Source: an uncultured Nitrososphaerota archaeon
GTDB lineage: Archaea > Thermoproteota > Nitrososphaeria > Nitrososphaerales > Nitrosopumilaceae
Assembly (NCBI GenBank): GCA_963824385.1
Contig: CAWGPD010000004.1
Coordinates: 160,001-224,000 of the forward strand
Reading direction: 5' to 3'
DNA: 64,000 bases
In this document: positions 44,004 through 54,900 of the stretch, in pieces
Position numbering within the stretch: position 1 is the stretch's first letter
Layout of the letters: every line of letters begins with the position of its first letter
Position numbers and translations under genes: made by a program
Notes under the pieces: model-generated
Seen by the model: only the letters and a program-made list of their open reading frames with translations
What the model was told of the DNA's origin: nothing
The model's database searches: none

Positions 44004-44873
44004 TTGACAGGTCAGAAAATAGATGGTATCATAGTAGCAACTCATGTTAAGGATAGAGTAAGGGCAGCCGTAAAGGAATTACAGAATGATGGAATTACTC
44101 CATGCCTTGCCACTGTATTAGTAGGCGATGATCCTGCATCTGCCATTTATGTTAGAAACAAGCAAAAAGCATGCGCCGATGTTGGAATAACAACTAAAGA
44201 CCATAAACTTCCTACAACATTTTCTCAAAAAGAAATGAATTCGTTAATTGATTTATTAAATAAAGACGACACTGTTCATGGAATTCTAGTCCAGTTACCA
44301 TTACCTAGCCAGTTAGTTGAATTTACAACAACCTCTAGAATTTCCCCATTAAAAGACGTGGATGGGCTCACACCTTACAACATTGGCCTTTTGACATCAG
44401 ATAAAGCAATCCTCAAACCTTGTACGCCCTCTGGAATTATGGAACTGTTTGAATATTACAAGATTGAACTTGAAGGAAAAGACATTGTAATAATAAACAG
44501 AAGTAATCTAGTTGGAAAACCTCTTTACAACATGTTGCTTGAAAAAAATGCCACTGTTACAACATGTCATTCCAGGACAAGAAATATCATAAAACATTGT
44601 CAGAGAGCAGATATCATAATCACAGCAGTTGGAGACAGGAAAAAATTCATTCTAACTGAAGACATGATAAAAAATGATGCAGTTGTAATTGATGTGGGCA
44701 CTGCGAGACTTGAAGGAAAACTTGTTGGAGATGTAGATTATGACGGTATTATCAAAAAGGCATCATATGTCACTCCAGTTCCAGGAGGAGTTGGCCCTAT
44801 GACCATAGCGATGCTTTTAAAAAACACCGTAACAGCTGCATCAATTAGTAAGGAATTTGTCCAACACAATTGA
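44004..44873 (+). CDS. folD: Methylenetetrahydrofolate dehydrogenase/cyclohydrolase
   Basis: YVRNK, GILVQLPLP, KDVDG, PCTP, TPVPGGVGPMT; TTG start. Confidence 0.96.
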   Translation: MTGQKIDGIIVATHVKDRVRAAVKELQNDGITPCLATVLVGDDPASAIYVRNKQKACADVGITTKDHKLPTTFSQKEMNSLIDLLNKDDTVHGILVQLPLPSQLVEFTTTSRISPLKDVDGLTPYNIGLLTSDKAILKPCTPSGIMELFEYYKIELEGKDIVIINRSNLVGKPLYNMLLEKNATVTTCHSRTRNIIKHCQRADIIITAVGDRKKFILTEDMIKNDAVVIDVGTARLEGKLVGDVDYDGIIKKASYVTPVPGGVGPMTIAMLLKNTVTAASISKEFVQHN

Positions 44874-45416
44874 AAAGGCAAGGCTTCGCAAGCAACTGTT
44901 AGATGCACGGGATGATCTCTCACTTGATTTTATAAAAATTGCAAGTAACAGAATTCGTGATAATTTAAGAAAGATCGACTTTTACAGAAAAGCTGCTTCA
45001 ATTGGAGTATACTATTCAATAGGAAGTGAAGTCCAGACATATGACCTGATACAAGAGTTTTTCAATCAGGGAAAAGAGTTTGCACTTCCAAGAGTGGACA
45101 AAAATGATCTAGTCTTTAAGAAAATTTCAAGTTTGGGAGACCTTGAGTTGGAAGCTTTGGAGTAATGGAGCCTAAGGAAAAATGTGAGACTGTAAAAAAT
45201 TTGGACGTGGTATTGGTTCCAGCAATTGCACTCACGCGTGAAGGATACAGATTAGGATATGGTTTTGGGTTTTATGACAGATATCTACACGGGGAAAAAT
45301 CAAAAAAGATTGGTATGACATATGCAAAACAAGTGCTTAGAACATTTCCTCATGACGACCATGATGTAAAGATGGATTGTGTCGTAACAGAAGATGCAGT
45401 TATTTACGTAAAGTAA
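44857..45416 (+). CDS. 5-formyltetrahydrofolate cyclo-ligase; frameshift near 45148
   Basis: KARLR, SEV, LPRV, EP, GYRLGYGFGFYDR, HDV. Confidence 0.9.
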
Positions 45417-45501
45417 AAAGGGAAAGATCAGTATTCTAGGTTTTAGAGCTTTTGAAATAGTGATTTCAATAATGAAACTAGTTGATTGAGGTCTTGGCTG
45501 A

Positions 45502-48447
45502 TTATGGCTGAGGGGTTTGACGACGATTGTTGTTTAGCGTTTCCGCTTGTTTGACTTGAGTGGGTGTGGTTTTAGAAGTTGGTTGAGTTGTAGACGGAGT
45601 TGATGGGGTTGTTGTAGACGGAGTTGATGGGGTTGTTGTAGACGGAGTTGATGGGGTTGTTGTAGACGGAGTTGATGGGGTTGTTGTAGACGGAGTTGAT
45701 GGGGTTGTTGTAGACGGAGTTGATGGGGTTGTTGTAGACGGAGTTGATGGGGTTGTTGTAGACGGAGTTGATGGGGTTGTTGTAGACGGAGTTGATGGGG
45801 TTGTTGTAGACGGAGTTGATGGGGTTGTTGTAGTATTTACTGTCAAGGTTGATGTCGCCGTACTTGCTAAATGAGTTGAGTCACCTGCATAAGTTGCAGT
45901 TATTGTGATACTATTAGTAGGATTAGCAGGTGGAATATATGCAAGAGCACATGCGTTATTTACCAATATACAGGAAGATGGACTAAAAGAACCACCTGCT
46001 CCATTATCAGTCCACGTTACTAATCCTGCCATAGTTGAAGATGGATTTGGTGTATCTGTAATTGTCACAGTAAATGAGATTGAAGTTCCACCAGAAAATG
46101 TGGCAGGATTTGGCGTGATGGTTGAAGTCGTTGGATCAACGGTGGCTGAAGACAATGTGGATGTACCTGTGCTAGCCTGATGTGTTGGATCGCCGCTATA
46201 ACTTGCAGTTATGGTTATTGCGTTTGGAGGATTTCCAGAAGGAGTATACGTGACAGTACATGAGCCTGAGGAGGATAGGGAGCAGGAAGATGGACTAAAT
46301 GTTCCTCCTCCAATTCCATCACTCCATGATACAGAACTAATCGGTGTGGTGGGGGAACTAGAAGTATCAGCAACTGTTGCTGTAAATGTCACAGTTCCAC
46401 CAAGAGCCACTGTTCCAGGATTTGGTGTAACAGATAAAGTTGTAGTATCAAGTGTGCTTACGGTTAGATTTGATGTTCCAGAACTTGTTTGGTGTGTAGT
46501 ATCTCCACCATAGGTTGCGGTAATTGTTACAGAGTTTGGAGATGTGGTAGACGGAGTGTATGATGTGGTGCATGTACCAGATGCTAGTGTGCAGGAAGAT
46601 GAACTAAATGCACCACCAACGTTACCATCACCCCAAGTTATAGTACCTGTTGGAGTCGTAGGCGAACTGGATGTATCAGCAACTGTTACAGTAAATGTGA
46701 GTGGTGTACCTGATACATATGATGCAGGGTTTGGAGTTACTGTAACTGATGTAGAGGAGAGTAAACTTGATGTCAAGATGGATGTTCCTGAATTTGCAGT
46801 ATGTCCAGTATCACCAGCATAACTTGCAGTAATAGTAATAGGATTTTGTACGCTAGATGATGCGGTATATGTTACGTTACATGTACCTGATGACAAAGTG
46901 CATGAAGTAGAGCTAAACGTACCACCAACGTTACCATCATTCAAAGTTATTGCTCCTGTTGGAGTATTTTGAGAGTTTGTCGGATCAGTAACCATTGCAG
47001 TAACTGTCACTTGTCCTCCTGAAGATATGGTTGGTGATGATAAGGTTACAGTTACTAATGCGGTGTCTTGAGTGCGTAATAAGTTGGATGTTCCAGAACT
47101 TGTTTGGTGTGTAGTATCTCCGCCATAACTTGCAGTAATCGTTACAGAGTTTGGAGCACTTGCAGCTGGAGTGTATGATGTGGTACATGTGTTTGCTGAC
47201 AAGGTGCATGTTGATGAGCTAAATGTACCACCTGCACCTCCATCACTCCAAGATACTTGTCCGCTCGGTGTTGTAGGTGTACTAGAGGTATCAGTAACTG
47301 TTACAGTAAATGCAATGGCAGTTCCAGATACAAAGGGTGATGAATTGGGAGTTATGACAACTGATGTGGTATCCAACGGGGCGATTGCAAGTGAAAACGT
47401 CCCAGAACTTATCTTATGAGCGGCATCCCCCCCATAACTTGCAGTAATTGTTATAGAGGTCGGAGAAGTGGTAGATGCGGTGTAGGTTGCAGTACATGCA
47501 CCCAATGACAAGTTACAGGTAGGCGGGTTAAAGTTTCCACCAACAAGTCCATCATTCCAAGTTATTGTCCCTGTCGGTGTCGTCGGTGAACTTGATGTAT
47601 CAGCAACTGTTGCTGTCACTGTAACCGAGCCTCCGGAGGATGTAGAGGATGTGGATGAGGTTACCGCTACTGATGTAGTATCTTGTGCACCGGATAATGA
47701 CAATGTTGCAAAACTTGCTTGGTGTGTGGTATCTCCACCATAACTTGCAGTAATCGTTATAGAATTAGAAGCGCTTGCAGCTGGAGTGTATGATGTGGTA
47801 CATGTGTTTGCTGACAAGGTGCATGTTGGAGGATTAAAAGAACCTCCAGCATTTGCGTCATTCCAAGTCACTGTTCCTGTAGATGGAGTAGAAGAACTAG
47901 AGGTGTCATTAACTGTCACAGAAAATGTAAGTGCAGTTCCTGCCACGTAGGATGCAGTATTTGGAGTTACTTTAACGGATGTAGTGTGAGGGGTATTGGC
48001 AGTAGTATTTACCGATAGGCTTGATGTTCCAGAACTTGTTTGGTGTGTAGTATCTCCACCATAACTTGCAGTAATCGTTACAGAGTTTGGAGAAGTGTTA
48101 GATGTAGTATACGTCACATTACAAGTACCAGATGATAAATTACAAGAAGATGAACTAAAGGTACCACCTGTGGATCCAGCACTCCAAGTTATTGTCCCTG
48201 TTGGAGTTGTAGGCGAATTTGAGGTATCTTTCACTGTTGCAGTAAGTATTACTGAACCTCCAGCCGTGATACTAGTTGGACTTCCAGTCACTGTGAGAGA
48301 CGTAGCATCGGGGGAAGTAGCAGATGTATTGTTCCCCCCACTTGTGCTGTTACCGGTTGCCATTGCCTGAGAAACAAGCATACCATTTGAAAATAATGAA
48401 GAGAATAGTACAATTGTAAATAGAAATATGATGAGAATGCTTTTCAT
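45502..48447 (-). CDS. Large secreted S/T-rich protein with eight Cys-pair Ig-like repeats and a Pro/Ser/Thr stalk
   Basis: Signal peptide; repeat PTG-x-ITW-x-D-x-x-x-GG-x-F...C-x-L-x-x-x-x-C-x-x-x-Y...ITA-x-YGGD-x-x-H; true end may be 45443 in another frame. Confidence 0.88.
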   Translation of the reverse strand: MKSILIIFLFTIVLFSSLFSNGMLVSQAMATGNSTSGGNNTSATSPDATSLTVTGSPTSITAGGSVILTATVKDTSNSPTTPTGTITWSAGSTGGTFSSSSCNLSSGTCNVTYTTSNTSPNSVTITASYGGDTTHQTSSGTSSLSVNTTANTPHTTSVKVTPNTASYVAGTALTFSVTVNDTSSSSTPSTGTVTWNDANAGGSFNPPTCTLSANTCTTSYTPAASASNSITITASYGGDTTHQASFATLSLSGAQDTTSVAVTSSTSSTSSGGSVTVTATVADTSSSPTTPTGTITWNDGLVGGNFNPPTCNLSLGACTATYTASTTSPTSITITASYGGDAAHKISSGTFSLAIAPLDTTSVVITPNSSPFVSGTAIAFTVTVTDTSSTPTTPSGQVSWSDGGAGGTFSSSTCTLSANTCTTSYTPAASAPNSVTITASYGGDTTHQTSSGTSNLLRTQDTALVTVTLSSPTISSGGQVTVTAMVTDPTNSQNTPTGAITLNDGNVGGTFSSTSCTLSSGTCNVTYTASSSVQNPITITASYAGDTGHTANSGTSILTSSLLSSTSVTVTPNPASYVSGTPLTFTVTVADTSSSPTTPTGTITWGDGNVGGAFSSSSCTLASGTCTTSYTPSTTSPNSVTITATYGGDTTHQTSSGTSNLTVSTLDTTTLSVTPNPGTVALGGTVTFTATVADTSSSPTTPISSVSWSDGIGGGTFSPSSCSLSSSGSCTVTYTPSGNPPNAITITASYSGDPTHQASTGTSTLSSATVDPTTSTITPNPATFSGGTSISFTVTITDTPNPSSTMAGLVTWTDNGAGGSFSPSSCILVNNACALAYIPPANPTNSITITATYAGDSTHLASTATSTLTVNTTTTPSTPSTTTPSTPSTTTPSTPSTTTPSTPSTTTPSTPSTTTPSTPSTTTPSTPSTTTPSTPSTTTPSTPSTTTPSTPSTTQPTSKTTPTQVKQAETLNNNRRQTPQP
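45591..45830. repeat. Perfect 24-bp tandem repeat x10 encoding (TTTPSTPS)n
   Basis: tagacggagttgatggggttgttg at 45591, 45615 ... 45807. Confidence 0.97.
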
Positions 48448-48736
48448 ACCTCACCTAACATTTGAAAATATCCACTACGATCAGTTTCCACGTGAAATAT
48501 CACTAAAAAATACGTTTGGGAGGTATAAACCATTATGGATCTTTGTTCACTAACATTGTTAACTAATAATGTTTGAGAAACGCTATATCTCAAGCTAAAT
48601 AACATTAGTCATGTGGGCATTTTTTGATACCAGTGCATTTTCCACAAGATGTTATCGCCAATTCCCCAATAAGCAATAGATAATCCATGCACTGGCCCCA
48701 CAAAGATATTTAGTCTCCTGACTCGTAAAATTCAAT

Positions 48737-49069
48737 ATGTCACTGAGTAAAAAATTTGGATTTTTCACTAGTTTGTTGCCAAAAAAAATTGGAAAATTTG
48801 ACAAGAAATCAATCATAGGACTAATTCTACTACTATCACCATACATTGTAGGTATCATAACTCGTCAATCTGCCTCCATTGATAACACACTCCCAAAAAG
48901 ATTCCCCGCATGTGACAGTTTTATTCATGGGCTTTGCATCCCTACAATGTACATTCCAGTACCTTTAGGAGTCGGTTTTCTTGTGATTAACTTGACATCA
49001 GTTCTTTTGAGCGCGTCATTATTCTTCACCGGTTATTTCATAGTAAAGAAAAAAACAGTTTCAAAGTAA
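48737..49069 (+). CDS. Two-TM hypothetical protein
   Basis: Two hydrophobic helices with a Cys pair in the loop. Confidence 0.55.
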   Translation: MSLSKKFGFFTSLLPKKIGKFDKKSIIGLILLLSPYIVGIITRQSASIDNTLPKRFPACDSFIHGLCIPTMYIPVPLGVGFLVINLTSVLLSASLFFTGYFIVKKKTVSK

Positions 49070-49130
49070 ATGTCATTACAGTAGTCATTTAGTTTCTAAA
49101 ATCATATTTTAAAAATAAGACATTCTATTT

Positions 49131-50396
49131 TTATTTATATGATACAAGGCCTTTTTTGCCAATATCTGTTCTACAATATTTAGAAGGCCATGTGATAGCA
49201 TCCACTCTGGCATACGCATTTTTTATTGCGTCTTCTAGTGTATCTCCAGTTGCAGTAACTCCCAACACCCTTCCACCACTTGTCAAGACCTTACCATTTA
49301 CTTTTCTTGTACCAGAATGAAAGACCTGTGAGTTAGGAGTTGCAGTATCAAGTCCCAGTATCTCTTCATCTTTTGAATATGATTCAGGATATCCTTTAGA
49401 TGCCAAGACAACACATACCGCACTTTGTTTCTTCCAGGAAATTTGTGGTAGTAAAGATAGAGTTCCATCAATGGTTGCTTGAATATAATCAAACAAGTCA
49501 GATTCCATGCGCATCATTATTGGCTGACATTCCGGGTCGCCCATTCTTGCATTAAACTCCAAGACATATGGCTTGCCATCTTTTAACATTATTCCAGCAT
49601 ACAAAAATCCCTTGAATACAATTCCCTCTTTTTTCATTGATGAAATTGTTTTTTCTATAACATTTTTTTGAATCTCCTTTGCAGTTGAATCGTCAATTAC
49701 AGGAGTTGGAGAATACGTTCCCATCCCACCAGTGTTTAGCCCCTTGTCATCATCATAGATTCTTTTATGATCTTGGCTTGTTGCCATTGGGTATGCGACA
49801 TTTCCATCAGATATTGCAATAAAGGATGCCTCTATTCCATCAATTCTCTCTTCTAGAATAATTCTAGAGCCAGCATTGCCAAAAATTTTCTCAACTAATA
49901 TCTTGTTTATGGCATCAATTGTTTCAGAAGAATTATTGCAGACAATAACTCCTTTCCCTGCAGCAAGCCCATCGGCTTTAACAACTAATGGGTAATCTAC
50001 AGACTTGGCAAATTCAATTGCTTTTTTTGAGTCGTCAAAGACTTCAAACCTTGCAGTCAAGATACCATTTCTTTTCATAAAATTTTTGGCCCAGATCTTG
50101 CTTGATTCTAACTGTGCAGCATTTTTTGTAGGACCAAATATTAAAAGACCTTTTTTTGTAAACTCGTCAACTATGCCCATAGACAATGGAACTTCTGGAC
50201 CTACAACTGTTACACAGTTGTTCTCTTTAGCAAATTTGGTAAGACCTTCAATATCATCCGATGAAACATCCACATTGTTTTGAGTGCCACCATTTCCAGG
50301 GGCAAAGTAAATTTCATCCACTTTATTACTCTGCATAAGCTTCCAGCCCATAGCATGCTCTCTTCCACCAGAGCCTACAACTAGAACATTGACCAA
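49131..50396 (-). CDS. purD: Phosphoribosylamine-glycine ligase
   Basis: GSGGREHA, VVGPE, KADGLAAGKGV, QDHKR, NTGGMG, EFNARMGDPE, GGRVL. Confidence 0.97.
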   Translation of the reverse strand: MVNVLVVGSGGREHAMGWKLMQSNKVDEIYFAPGNGGTQNNVDVSSDDIEGLTKFAKENNCVTVVGPEVPLSMGIVDEFTKKGLLIFGPTKNAAQLESSKIWAKNFMKRNGILTARFEVFDDSKKAIEFAKSVDYPLVVKADGLAAGKGVIVCNNSSETIDAINKILVEKIFGNAGSRIILEERIDGIEASFIAISDGNVAYPMATSQDHKRIYDDDKGLNTGGMGTYSPTPVIDDSTAKEIQKNVIEKTISSMKKEGIVFKGFLYAGIMLKDGKPYVLEFNARMGDPECQPIMMRMESDLFDYIQATIDGTLSLLPQISWKKQSAVCVVLASKGYPESYSKDEEILGLDTATPNSQVFHSGTRKVNGKVLTSGGRVLGVTATGDTLEDAIKNAYARVDAITWPSKYCRTDIGKKGLVSYK

Positions 50397-50478
50397 TGCT
50401 TTCGGCTTTGATTATGAGGTATATAATCCAAGATTGAATTTAGTAATATTGATTAAAGCACTGATTGGATGTACTTTA

Positions 50479-50778
50479 TTGATTAAAGTAGATACAACAA
50501 AAGCTGTTTATCTTTTCACACATGGTAGAAGAGATTTAGAACAAGCCGCAACAGATGCACTTGTTGCAAACGGTTTTGCAAAAGACAAGATTTCATCTGC
50601 AAGACCTGATGCTGTAGGAAATATTGGTGACTACATGGCAATGCTTTGGATGCCACCAACTCCTGACCATATTAAAATCCAAAAAATAACAAAGGTAGAA
50701 GAAGTAAAACCAGAAGGCATGATTGGATTATGGAAAGGAGTATCAAAAGAAGATGTATTTACAATACCTCTAAAGTAA
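50479..50778 (+). CDS. Hypothetical protein
   Basis: TTG start; about 99 aa with coding-like composition. Confidence 0.7.
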   Translation: MIKVDTTKAVYLFTHGRRDLEQAATDALVANGFAKDKISSARPDAVGNIGDYMAMLWMPPTPDHIKIQKITKVEEVKPEGMIGLWKGVSKEDVFTIPLK

Positions 50779-50825
50779 ATCACAAATAATTTTTATTCTC
50801 AATCAAGATTAAGATTGTATATTTT

Positions 50826-51128
50826 CTAAACAAGATCTTGTACCAGTGCCAAAATAAAACTCTCAAACTCGGAATCTTGAAATTTTACCACCTCAATTTT
50901 GTCTTGTTCAATTGCAGTCTTGACTGCACTTAGGTGATAGCATTGCCTTCCCTTTTCCATTGCATTATAGAAATAATCTTCACATGAGCAATATCCTAGA
51001 TTCAAGTCAAGCCAATGCTCATTTTCTTTTCCTACTACAGTCCAGATCTTTCTGTTGCTTGGCTCAAACAGGTGTAATTTTACACCGTTAGACGATATGA
51101 TAGACTCTACATTACCAGTCTCTTTCAC
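50826..51128 (-). CDS. SWIM zinc-finger protein
   Basis: CSC...CYH. Confidence 0.85.
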   Translation of the reverse strand: MKETGNVESIISSNGVKLHLFEPSNRKIWTVVGKENEHWLDLNLGYCSCEDYFYNAMEKGRQCYHLSAVKTAIEQDKIEVVKFQDSEFESFILALVQDLV

Positions 51129-51163
51129 AAGAATTTAATTGAAAAAAGACACGTATATCTTAA

Positions 51164-51910
51164 ATGGTAAAGACCAGAATCATCCCTTCACAACCAGCCT
51201 TAATTTTAGAAGATGTTCAGAAGTTTCTGGTTGTAACTGATTTACACATAGGGTTTGAGCTTGGCATGATCTCAAATGATATCAATGTAAGACCAGAGGA
51301 GATGATTCAAGAGATACATTCCAGTCTCGATTCATTGATTGAATCTGAAAAGCCTGATACGCTAGTTCTCCTGGGAGATGTAAAATCAGGAATAGAGTCA
51401 ATCTCAAATATAGAGTGGCAGACAGTACCAATGTTTTTTGAGATTGGAAAAAAAATCAACACCATAGTAATACCAGGAAATCATGATGGTAACCTGTCCC
51501 GTCTAGTTCCAGATTATGTTACCATGACAGGACCATCAGGTCTAGTCATAGGAGATACATTGTTGACACATGGTCATGTAATGCCATCTGAGAATTTCTC
51601 TCAGATAAATAGAATTGTAATGGGTCATCTCCATCCGGTATATTTTCAAGAAGGCTCTGTCTTGGACGGACAACGATTATGGGTATCAATCAAGGCAGAC
51701 AAGAGCAAAATATTTCCGTCAAGTAAAGGCGAGATCGAGATAATCATCGTTCCCTCTTTTAACAAGTATTTTTATGCCACAACTAAAAGATATCACAGAA
51801 AATCAATCTCTCCAATACTTGAGAGAATAAAAGATCTTTACTCTGCAAAGATTGTGACACTTGATGGAACCATAATTGGGGACGAATCAATACTAAAAAA
51901 TGTAATTTGA
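51164..51910 (+). CDS. Calcineurin-like metallophosphoesterase
   Basis: DLHIG, LGDVK, GNHD, THGH, GHLHP. Confidence 0.9.
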   Translation: MVKTRIIPSQPALILEDVQKFLVVTDLHIGFELGMISNDINVRPEEMIQEIHSSLDSLIESEKPDTLVLLGDVKSGIESISNIEWQTVPMFFEIGKKINTIVIPGNHDGNLSRLVPDYVTMTGPSGLVIGDTLLTHGHVMPSENFSQINRIVMGHLHPVYFQEGSVLDGQRLWVSIKADKSKIFPSSKGEIEIIIVPSFNKYFYATTKRYHRKSISPILERIKDLYSAKIVTLDGTIIGDESILKNVI

Positions 51911-51913
51911 TAT

Positions 51914-54900
51914 CTAGTCTATTTTTTCATATGATTCTAATGGTTTTTTTGTAGTTTCATTATGCTTTAACCACTCCAAAGTCTTTGCAAAAGAATCTGC
52001 AAGTTCTGTAGTTATCAATACAGGAATTCCAAGCTCTACTGCCTTTCTTCTAATTTGATATTCATCATAAAGCATGCCTACATATTTTTCAAGTGTCGAA
52101 GTACTTGGTACATTAATAATAAAATCAATTTTTCGTTCATATAATAAATCTGCAATGTTTGGCTTTCTTTCTGGTTCACTTATTTTATAGACCACTTCGA
52201 CATCCCCTATTCTTTTATCAGACAAAAATTCGGCAGTGTGTTCAGTTGCAAGTAGCTTGTATCCAAGACTTTTGAGTAAAAGCGCAGTCTGCAAGAGTTT
52301 TTCCTTGTTTTCAGAACCACCCGCACTGATAAGTACCGAGCCTTCTTTTGGAAGAGAATATCCTACAGATGTCAGACCCTTTGCAAGTGCATCATAGAAA
52401 CTCTCACCAAAGCATGCCGCCTCACCAGTTGACTGCATCTCTACACCCAATACAACATCTGCCCCCTCTAGCTGCATAAAGGAAAACTGTGGTACTTTGA
52501 TTCCATAATTATGAATTTTACGCCATCTATCTTTTGGGACATGTGGAAGAGGTTTTCCCAATACTGCCCTTGCTGCCAGGTTGATAAGATTCATCCTTAC
52601 AAATTTTGAGACAAATGGCATGGAGCGCGATGCCCTGATGTTAAGTTCTATCACATAGACCTGGTCTTGGTGAATCAAAAATTGCAGGTTAAACGGTCCT
52701 TTGATCTTAAATGCAACAGCCACTTTTTGCGTGTAATCAAGTATAGCATCAATTGCTTTATTGTTTAGAGTCCATGGAGGAATGCACATCATGGAATCAC
52801 CAGAATGCACTCCAGCGCCTTCTATGTGTTCAATTACTGCGCCAATCACAACATGTTCTCCATCTCCCACACCATCAACTTCGGCTTCAAGGGAATTTAG
52901 CATAAATTTTGTAATAACTACTGGATAGTCTGGTGAAACATTGGTTGCTTCTTGAAGATATTTTTTAAGCTGAGTTTCAGACCAGACAACTTTCATTGCA
53001 GCCCCACTTAGTACATAGGACGGTCTGACAAGAACAGGATATCCAACTTTGACTGCAAATTTTTTGGCATCAACAAGACTTGAAAATGCCTGCCATGGAG
53101 GCTGTCGGATATTTAGATCATCAAGTACCTTGCTAAAGGTAGAACGATTTTCCGCTCTATCAATATCTTCAAACGATGTTCCAATAATTTTAATTCCATT
53201 TTGTGCAAGTTTGGGGGTTAGATTATTTGCAGTCTGTCCTCCGACAGCAGTAACAATGCCGTCTAGCTTTTCAAATTCTGCAATATCCAAAACCCGCTCC
53301 AGTGTAAGTTCTTCAAAGTATAACCTATCACATATATCATAATCAGTTGATACTGTCTCTGGATTACAATTAATCACAGATACTTCTTTTACACCATTTT
53401 CTTTTAATCCCCAGACCATGTTTACTGTTCCCCAGTCAAACTCTACACTACTACCTATCCTGTAAGGACCAGCACCAAGTACTGCAATTTTTTGAGAGTC
53501 TGATGTTATCTCAAAGTCGCTAGTCTTTCCACCATATGTCAGATATAGATAGTTGGTCTTGGCAGGCCACTCTGCTGCAAGTGTATCAATTCGTTTTATT
53601 ACGGGTAAAATTCCCTCTTTTTTCCTTATTTTTCTAATCTCGAGGTCGTCTTTTCCAGCAAGCCTTCCAATTTGTTTGTCAGAAAAGCCTAAAATTTTTG
53701 CCTCGTGAAGTACTTCTTTTTCAAGTTTAGACTCTTTGATTCTTTTTTCAGAATTTACTATATTTTGAATTTTTTCTATAAACCACGGGTCAATTGCAGA
53801 TAACTTGTAAATACGCTCAACAGACATCTCTTGTCTTAGTGCCTCTGCCACATAGTACAAGATACGGTCATCAGCATGTTGTAGTTTGTTTTCAATCTCT
53901 TCAATATCGTATTTTTTATCCCCATTACGATTTGCAACTAGACCATCGTTTCCAATTTCAAGCATACGTATTGATTTTTGTAATGATTCTTCAAAGCATC
54001 TTCCAATAGCCATGACCTCACCTACTGATTTCATGGTAGGACCCAAGTTACGATTAGCAAGTTCAAACTTGCCAAAGTCCCATCTAGGATGTTTGCATAC
54101 AATATAATCTAAAGAGGGTTCAAAACATGCAGTTGTAGTTTTGGTGATGCGATTTACAAGTTCTGGTAAAGTATAACCCATTACAATTTTGGCTGCCATG
54201 TATGCAATAGGATATCCAGTGGCTTTACTTGCAAGAGCTGATGAGCGAGAAAGTCGTGGGTTCATCTCAATTGCAACATACGTGTCAGAATTTGGATCTA
54301 GTGCAAACTGGACATTGCATTCTCCAACAATTCCCACATGTTTTGCCGCACGTAATGCCGCAGAACGTAACAATTGATATTCATAATTGTCAAGTGTCTG
54401 CGATGGCGCAACTACAATATTGTCTCCAGTATGTACACGCATTGACAGCACATTTTCCATGTTACAGATTATCACATTGTTTCCGGCATAGTCTGCCATT
54501 ACTTCATACTCGATTTGTTTCCAGTGACCTACATATTCTTCAATTAGGACTTGGCCGACAAGACTTGCATTAAGACCACGTGATACAATTTCATGTAATT
54601 CGATTTCATTATGTGCAACACCACCACCCTTTCCGCCCAAAGTATATGCGACTCTAACAATTACTGGATAACCCAATTCATTTGCAATTTTTTTTGCGTC
54701 CTCAAAGTTGTATACAGTCCTACTTTTAAGAACCGGTACATTGCATGCTATCATTGAATCTTTGAAGAGCTGTCTGTCTTCTGTGGCTTTAATCCCAGAC
54801 ACCTGAGTTCCAAGTACTTTGATGCCATATTTTTTCAAGATCCCAAGTTCATCTAGTTTTACTCCACAGTTGAGTGCTGTCTGACCTCCAAAGCCAAGCA

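Noticed and set aside
45591..45830. 24-bp repeats as a CRISPR array
   Set aside because: No spacers; head-to-tail in-frame coding repeat; no cas genes
45905..48370. Plus-strand Val/Pro/Glu-rich ORFs, and similar antisense ORFs throughout the track
   Set aside because: Shadows of real genes on the opposite strand
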